A stretch of 43,470 nt of DNA from Lenisia limosa (lineage: Eukaryota > Protista > Breviatea): positions 1-43,470 of the forward strand of contig LPNZ01009557.1 in assembly GCA_001655205.1 (NCBI GenBank), written 5' to 3'. The position numbers were made by a program, and so were the translations under genes. Position 1 is the first letter of the stretch; the number at the start of each line of letters is the position of its first letter. Below the pieces are notes generated by a model. It saw nothing but the letters and a program-made list of their open reading frames with translations. It did not search any database and was not told the DNA's origin. Below are positions 35,315-43,470 of the stretch, piece after piece.

Positions 35315-37610
35315 TTATATGGACTGTGTGTTCCACCTTTCGGTGTTGACAAGTCGTGAGTTGCAACCTATATAATAAGTTAACTCAACCATACCCAAAT
35401 ATGAAACACATCGCTGCTTCCTCCCTTATTATCCCTAGCCTTTGTCTTTACCTCCTTCTGCACTACCCCCCCAACCTCGAGCGTCTTTGGATTCAGCAAG
35501 GCAACATGACCATGCAAGGCCTTCTGATGTTACAGACTTCGACTGTGAGATAATTAAAAAAACAAAAGGTTATTATTTAAAAGGCAATTTTGAGCACCAC
35601 TCAAAAAAGTGCATATCATATACTATACTGGATTCAAATATCACTATAATCATTCAGAATCTCCTTACAAAGCAGCCAGTGTGGTAATACGAACGCACTC
35701 GCTCAGCTGGTCGAGTTGGTCTTTGTCTTGACCGCTACACGTATCAGAAGTTACCCATAATCGCTTCGGCAAAAGGCTACCAAATGCAGGAACAATACAC
35801 CGATTCGGTCTAGGCAGCCTCACCGCCATTTCTCGTCGCAAGTCCCGTCGGCCCTTTGCTTCCAAAACCGCTTCAAAATCCGGACCGTAGAGGCCCGCCA
35901 AATTACTTCTGAGCTCCCTGTCACTTTCCTGAAGAGGTCAATGATGAGTCAACCCCGCCATAAAAGGTGTTTCCCCCTGCTGAAATGGATAATGTAGGGT
36001 TAGCCTGGTTGAAATAAAGGAAAATAAGGAAGTATTTGGCTGAAGATATCAGAGATAACAAATACAATAACAAGAACAATAATAAAATAGAAAAAAAAAA
36101 CAGTATTTTACCCCCCCTCCCCCCTCATTTCAACTTACGTCAGAAAATATTTTCACACCCTTTTCATATTACGCAATCACTGAGCAGGATAGCTATACTG
36201 ATTGCAGAATAATATATCACGAATCGGTGCGCACACCGAGCACCCGATGTGTTTGGGGAGGAGGGGGGATGTCACGGAGTGTGATGGTACGGAAGTATTT
36301 GTTTATGGTACCCCCTTTTTTCTTCTTGCTTTCAAAAAAGCACGGATTTCATATATGATAATATATGGTTTTAAAAAACTATTTGCACAGCATACCTTGA
36401 CGACCCTCTGTTTTTCCTGAAGCTTCAAGGCCACCTGGGTTGGGTTGCTATAAAGATCCGGCGTATGTGTCTTCCTAGTTTTGATCTGCTCGTTTGGCCT
36501 GCCACAAAGTAAAAAAAAATGGGGTGGGGGCAAACTATGAGCTGATGAAACAAAACAGGAGAGGGTCTAGTAAAACAGGAACTGATAGAAGGGTAAACTT
36601 GAAATTACTCTTCTCATCCACAACCAGACCTTGATTTTGACTCCTTCTTTGGTGAATATGTTGTTGACGAATCCCATTCCGGCTTGTTTCCAAGGTCAGG
36701 ATGTATGGTCAACTCAGCAGTTCGATACCTTGGTTGCGAGAGGCCTACTCAGTAAAAAAGCAACTGGAAGGCAAGAAGTGAAATCGCAAAGNNNNNNNNN
36801 NNNNNNNNNNNNNNNNNNNNNNNNNNNNNNNNNNNNNNNNNNNNNNNNNNNNNNNNNNNNNNNNNNNNNNNNNNNNNNNNTGTTTTGACGCATTTTTGTT
36901 GTTTGAAATTGAAACTTTGAAGTCTGAAAGGCATAAGTTAAGACTGCCAAAACACGGGCTATGAGAACTAAATGTGAAAAGGAGTTAAACGTACATGTAT
37001 GTTCATCATATGTAACTCTTGGAACACCAATTGATTAAAAAGATGCACCAACCTTGGGCTCAGGAGGCAATGGTGCCTTGTCTAGCCGCTCAGCTCGGTA
37101 GTTGTAGGTTGGGGTCTGGCCAGAGTTCTTCAAGAGTGATGCCTGAATCGGACGAAGTTGAAGCCCGACCGTTTTGTCGCCAACTGTGGGGTCCCATTCA
37201 ACCTTCAAGGTGAGACTTCCATACTGCACAACATGATATCCCTTTTTTTGATATATTCTACACTCCTCAAAATCTTTGTCCCACCTTGTCTCTCTGCCAT
37301 TTCATATTGAGTACTTCATCACGAGCCTGTCTAGACTAAAAGGTGAAGGCATGTACACCCAAAACAGCATATCTATTACATTTACCTTTCGATTCTTACC
37401 TTTTCAGGCATTGACTCTCTATCAAATGCTGCCTCCACTCGCTGATAAGTCACCCTCCTCGCATGTATCGACCCTGGCTTCGGGATCGCCGCAGTTCTAG
37501 GAATAAGTTAAGCTTTGAATGTATCACTTATTAACTCTAAGAAAGATAAAAACGGTTCGAAGAGGGTTGGAGGCTCACTTATAAGCGGCAGAGTCCCACT
37601 CATCGGGCAT
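35315..37610 (-). CDS. Hypothetical protein, multi-exon
   Basis: MPDEWDSAAYK|TAAIPKPG..|SRQARDEVLNMKWQRDK|YGSLTLKVEWDPTVGDKTVGLQLRPIQ..PPEPK, RKTHTPDLYSNPTQVALKLQEKQRVVK and ESDRELRSNLAGLYGPDFEAVLEAKGRRDLRREMA, with consistent GT/AG flanks. No family recognised. Confidence 0.65.
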
Positions 37611-37979
37611 TGTGGTAAACACAGTCCTCAAAATGCAAACTTTTACAAATAAACAATATTTTTTTGTTATTTGAAAGTATCTCAATACTATTAAGCGCTT
37701 GGCGCCTTGTTTTTTTGGGGTGGTTTGTTTCAAAGCCTAGACCGATGTTTTTTTTCGAAATTTTTCGAATTGGCAAGTTAGTTGTTCCAAGCCAAGTTTC
37801 AGCTTGGTTCTGTTGGTTCCAGCCAAGTTCAGTCCAGTTTCCCCCTCAAGCCCTTACCAAGGCCCTGACACCTTTCCCTACAGAACCAGGGTTTACTGCG
37901 TAACATGGAGTTTTGGGAACCTTATCTCAGTACACCAGTTTCCTCATGAGCACCCCTACTTCCCTCTCAAACAGTGCCC

Positions 37980-40900
37980 ATGAATTCAGAAGAAGAAGGA
38001 CTTATGAAGAACAACTCAGTGAGAAGCTTGAATGTTGGCAAGGGTGATAGTCCGATTTTTTTGTGTATTGTGAATTGGCTTTCTGATTACGTAAAATGGT
38101 CAAAAAACTGGGGGGAAATAAAAGTAATACGTAAGTAATACGTGAGTAATAAACAATCTTTGGTGTTTTAAAAACAAAACCGCTCAAATTCTCTCCAAAT
38201 TTATTTCCCTCACAAACCCAGACTTAATATATGGCAGAGACACTCGCAATAATTTAAGCGAAGATGAAGAAGAAATTTATGTGGTTGGCTATTGTAGTTT
38301 TTCTTTTCATGAATTTTCAGTGCATTCTGTTTCCACCAAAAAAAAAATTAATATTCCAGAAGTTGAATGTTACTCATGTTGCCTCATTTGATGGTTCACT
38401 CAGTGACGTCATTGCAATGTTTGACCACGGAGTTAACTTTAATGTTGTGGACCATAGTGTAGGCGGGGTATTATCACATTTTGGGTCATTTTCACACGTG
38501 TAAACTATGTTTTTTTCCATTAGCACTCGGGTGATACTTGACAGACACGTCTCAATGAAACTCTGGTACACTCAGGATAAACCCTCGTACAAAGTCATAT
38601 GATCATATCACTTATGGATATGGGTAAACATACTACATTTTGAATGGATATCGTAAGGGATAACACCTCAATTTATGAAATTATGTCTTTAATCTTCAAT
38701 CAACGCCAACATGGAACTAGTGTCTTGTTTAAATATGATGATGCTCAACTTGGTTGCATATGTCCACAATGATCGAATATTCCATCACACGGTCTGCCTG
38801 CAACATTGTTTGCGTGATGGTGTGGATGGCTTTGGCTAGATACCTTTTTTATTTCTCACGTCTGTATTACATATGAAATATATTATACACGTAATTGAGT
38901 CATATTTAGAACATATGGCCGATTCACCTTGCAAGTATGCGAGGGCATCTACCTCTGGTCGCTTTCTTCGTTGATAGGGGTGTTAGTGTTGATTTCGAAA
39001 CAGGACAGGTACGTCGGTATCAGCTTAATTTGCTACATGCTTTTTAATCTGATATCTGTCCTTCTTTTTTCACCTCAAACCCGTTCCAACAACTTTCAGG
39101 GTTTCACACCGCTCTATTACGCTTGTAATAATGGCCATTTGGACCTTGTGCAGTATTTAGTTGAAGCTGGTGCTGATGTCAACCTTCAGAACAAACAATT
39201 TGTAAGTTATGGAACGACAGTCAAGAAAGGTTCCATTACTCCGCCGAAATAATAGAGCAAGTGTATATCATATATTTCATGTCCACACAGAAGCCTCCGT
39301 TTAGTCGTTGTTTTTTAAAACTTTCCTCAAGTATTAAAAAAACCTACTACTTTCAATTTTGATTGAGTATCGCTTTACCATCTTGGCTTCAATATTTTAT
39401 TTCTTTTTTCCAATAGGCTCTATTTCTAACAGTTGTTAGGGGTCTTGTGCCATTTTCGAAGCATGTCAGGGCGGGTACTACGAAATTGTTAAGTTCCTTC
39501 TTGACCATGGCGCCTGTGTCAATGATACAGATAACATTGTATGCTTACATATTGCTTTACCTCTGATTATTCTACTTTTGCTGATACTCAAGTGTACCAA
39601 CATTGTGCAAGTGGCTTGTGACTACGACCAACTTGACATTGTTGAGCTTTTGGCAGAACGAGGTGCCTCTTTGGACAATATTAACAAAAATGTGAGTGGT
39701 TAATATAATTAATGATATGATGTTTGTTACTAAATTACTGCTCATAAAAATGGCAGAAATATTGGTTCAGACTTGCAGCATTTTCCTAACTGTATGCACC
39801 CTATTGTGTGTGCCTCTCGTTCTTATTATCCAGAAGCAAAATGCTCTGATTAGAGCAGCTGGCTTCAATCCACCCCTTGCTACGTTGCTCATTAACCTTG
39901 GAGCAGATGTAAACGTTGTTGGAATTGACGTATGCTGCCCAATTCCAGAATGAAAAAAAAATTACTCATAAACGTTTCACCTTTTTACTTGAATTCAATA
40001 TGATATACTCTGTACATCAATCAACTCCACTTATTATTTAGGTGATAGTGAATAGAGCTTTCTGCATTGTTAAATTTTCCATTCATCCATGTAGGGACTC
40101 ACACCTCTGTTAATCGCTTGTCAAATGGGGCACCTGAGTCTTGTCCAACTTTTAGTTGAGCGAAAGGCGGACATCCATGCAGTATCAGAAAAGGTATGAA
40201 CAACCCGTATCAGTATCAGTTCCTCTCAAACTGGTCAGCTCAAAGTAGCGATTATTACTTTTAATTTTTTTTATGCTTTTAGAATCATAACACCTTGTCA
40301 TTTGCTGCATCTAAAGGACATCTTGAAATATGCGCCTTCCTTGTTGATTCTGGTGTCTCTCTTAGCTACATGCCTCCTCCAAACACTGTACGTTTGCTAC
40401 CATAATATGAAATTGTTACTCTTGAAAAATAGTGTTTGTGGGCGGTCTCTATCTTCTATTGTTTATTTGATTATTAATTATTGATATTTTTGAATAGAAT
40501 TAGGGATGTGATTCTGCAGAAGCGACTGGGCTGGGCTTTATGTGTCAACCCTCGTGTGTTGTCAGCCAACAGAGTGGATTTTGTGCTTTTTTTTGTTTCA
40601 TAAATTTTCCAATTTTACCCCCCCCCCCAGACGTTTGGGCCTCTGGCTNNNNNNNNNNNNNNNNNNNNNNNNNNNNNNNNNNNNNNNNNNNNNNNNNNTC
40701 TCCGCTACCTCGTTGAACAGGGTGTTGATGTGAACTTATCAGTTGGAAATGTAAGTGTTTTGAGTTTGAGGGTTCCCTCAGTATTTTCCCAGTTTGCAAT
40801 TTAAAAAGTTCACCTGCCAATGTAATGTGAGAATTATGTTGCTCTTTTAGGGGACCTCCCCACTGTGCATTGCAACAAAATCAGGGAGCTTAAAAATTGT

Positions 40901-43370
40901 GGAGTTTCTCATCCAACACGGTGCCGATTTTTATGACAATGATAACGATGTGAGTGGGCGGAGGAAACACTCGTGCTGAGCAGAAAATGACTTTGTTAAC
41001 TTCGACAGGGCATTTCAGCGCTACTTGTGGCTGTTCTCTACAACAAAGCCGCTATTGCTACCTACTTTTTAAGTCACGGTGGTAACCCCAACTATATCTG
41101 CGATAACACTGTGGGCTGATGTTTAATATTTTTGGCCCAATGAAAATCACAATTAATGTGCTCCAGGGACAAACTCTGCTTCATTATGCTGCAGAAGAGG
41201 GACTGGGAGACATGGTGCGGCTCTTAGTATCATTTGGTGGTGATCCTAATGCTGTACATGATGAGGTTGGTTACGATCTTATGTGTTTTTAACTTCTTAT
41301 GCTATCAGGGAGTGTCTGTTCTTGGTGTTGCAGCAACAAACCGCTCATATGAAGTTATTGAGGCTCTTCTTGAACTTGGAGTTGATATTAACGATGCTGA
41401 TAATCCAGTAAGCAAGGGTGATACCGCCATATGTACCCTCTGTGCAAATATGGATTTCCGCATTTCCTTTGAGGACCAGTCTGAAAGTGATTTTACTTTT
41501 AGGACAATCATATTGTGCATGAGGTTGCGCGCATTGAAGACATTCAAATGTTGGAGTTTTTGGGAGATAAAGGACTTGACTTTGATGCCAGAGATATAAA
41601 TGTGAGTACAAGGTTATTTTTTTCATCAGTTCACCAGATTATTTTGACAGTTTTGGTTCCCATGCTTCTCCATCCCCCCCATTCTTCTCCTTATTTCCCA
41701 AGATGTCAACAGCATTGATTACTGCTGCAGCGTACAATCATAGCGAAGTAGTTGAATGCCTGCTCGATTTAGGGGCCGATATTAACGTGCACAACTTTCA
41801 GGTTTGAGATGCCAAAAAGAGGCGAGAAGGGGAGGGGTGAAGAGGAGGGGGAAAAGGGGTAAATCCTTTCTTAATAATACAGGGGTATACAGCGCTATAC
41901 GCAGCCTGCCAAAGCTGTGAAACTGAGTCAGTAAAGCTCCTCCTCCAGCATGGTGCTGACATGTACCATCTGCCTGCAGAAGCGGTAAGCGGTTGGAAAA
42001 CGCTTCGACCAGAAAGAATGGTCTTGTCACAGCTTTGATGAACTTATATTTTCTTCGCAATGAAGGATCATTAGTAGGGCTTTACTTCGGTTCAACAAAG
42101 ACCGGTAAAATCGTTAGTTTTCGACAATTTATCAAGAAATTCAGTATATTTTTGAACCAAAGCCCTAAAATGATTAAATATTTACCATTCAGTCTCTGAA
42201 ATCTCCGTTAACTTCCGCAATGATAGCCGATTCTGAAGCCTTTGATATCCTTATTGATGAGGGAATTGACATTCAGAGAATTGTTGATTTGGTGGGGGGG
42301 GGGGGGGNNNNNNNNNNNNNNNNNNNNNNNNNNNNNNNNNNNNNNNNNNNNNNNNNNNNNNNNNNNNNNNNNNNNNNNNNNNNNNNCAGAACAATTTTCT
42401 AACAGCATCCGTGACAGTTTTCTGAATTATCACCCTGTTTTAATTTGGTGCCTTTTTTGATCTCGATATCATTATGTAGGGTGATGTTGACATCTTGTAC
42501 TTTGCCCAGGAGTGCAACATGAGATACCTCTTCAAAGATATTGAACTGTCTCCACTCCACCTGGTTGGGGGGGGGGGGAATTNNNNNNNNNNNNNNNNNN
42601 NNNNNNNNNNNNNNNNNNNNNNNNNNNNNNNNNNNNNNNNNNNNNNNNNNNNNNNNNNNNNNNNNNNNNNNNNCTATTCTTCCAATAATTATCCTGTTTG
42701 GATAAAAGCAAGAAAAAGAATGAATATTTCAATAGTTGCTCAAAATCCTGGCCATTTGCTGTTTCATTGACATCCTCCCCTTTCCCTAGAAGAAGCATCT
42801 TCACAATTCACACTTTCTCAAATTCTACCCCGGGCAACTTGCTCGAATTCTTGATGACTCCCTCTCAAATCTTTCCTGGTATGTTTCTCAAGTACAATAT
42901 GCTTGATAGGTATCTGACAAGTAGGCCATACAAGGTATCTGTTTATTGAATACCAATGGTACACAGATTTTTTAGGTCATTAGGAAAAATTGATTGATGC
43001 TCTTTTAAAGCAGGTTGGTAAACCAGATTTTCACCTCGAAGTTTTGGTCAATGCACTTACAAAGGCGAATGTAAGACCTCTTGTTACTTGTCTTTTACGG
43101 CTTTTCTCTAGCATATACTAATAACTTACTTTTAACTGTACCAACGAAATCTCTGGATGTAGTGGTTTTAAGGTTTTATCACCACCGTTGGTGAGGTCAA
43201 TTTGCTGCTGAGCCACAGTTTATGTTTATTTTGGGCGCATTTAAAGACGTTCTCATTTATAATCCGCCTTGGTTGAAAATGGCAGAGAGAGATCACAATC
43301 TTGCTCTACTCTTCCTTTTACTTCTTCTCCTTGGTTTCTGCATCTGTATTTAGACATGTTATTATAAATG
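37980..43370 (+). CDS. Long ankyrin repeat protein (at least 17 repeats); both ends uncertain
   Basis: Successive ~99-nt exons include NIWPIHLASMRGH.., GFTPLYYACNNGH.., GSCAIFEACQGG.., GLTPLLIACQMGH.., GTSPLCIATKSG.., GQTLLHYAAEEG.., GVSVLGVAATN.., MSTALITAAAYN.. and GYTALYAACQS.., followed by non-ankyrin C-terminal exons. Confidence 0.9.
42075..42167. mobile_element. MITE-like element (inverted relative to the 23765 copy)
   Basis: Ends are tagggctttacttcggttc and gaaccaaagcccta. The internal atcgttagttttcgacaatttatcaagaaattcagt is the reverse complement of the 23765 copy's core. Confidence 0.7.
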
Positions 43371-43470
43371 AGTGGACTGATTGATGACGATTTTGATGAA
43401 TTTATTTTGAAAATTGAAATACACAGACTGGCTGGGAATCCGAGCCAAAAATCTGGTTTACCAACCTGCT

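Noticed and set aside
28-43470. Most six-frame ORF-track entries as standalone genes
   Set aside because: They are exon-plus-intron read-throughs, antisense shadows or ORFs inflated by N runs.

Overview
This is a gene-dense, intron-rich eukaryotic nuclear region from a draft assembly with many N gaps. Introns are short GT-AG type, so the six-frame ORF track shows only exon fragments; the gene models below were spliced by hand and many boundaries are approximate. About 11 protein-coding genes are present: (1) a soluble H-NOX/HNOBA/class III cyclase with adenylyl-cyclase-type specificity residues; (2) an FHA + forkhead-like protein; (3) a large Cys-rich type I membrane protein with STIG1-like repeats; (4) a protein with at least 5 tandem ubiquitin-like domains and no C-terminal di-Gly; (5) three ankyrin-repeat genes with mostly one repeat per exon; (6) a two-TM protein with a PPxY tail; (7) a CFAP210-like coiled-coil protein, which suggests a flagellated protist; and (8) two hypothetical proteins. 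Non-coding structure includes a ~70-bp intronic hairpin element (5 copies, all sense to the host gene, with compensatory base changes), a ~90-bp MITE-like family (4 copies), strand-asymmetric G/C runs at splice sites, and two in-frame tandem repeats that duplicate splice sites. No rRNA, tRNA or CRISPR array is supported.
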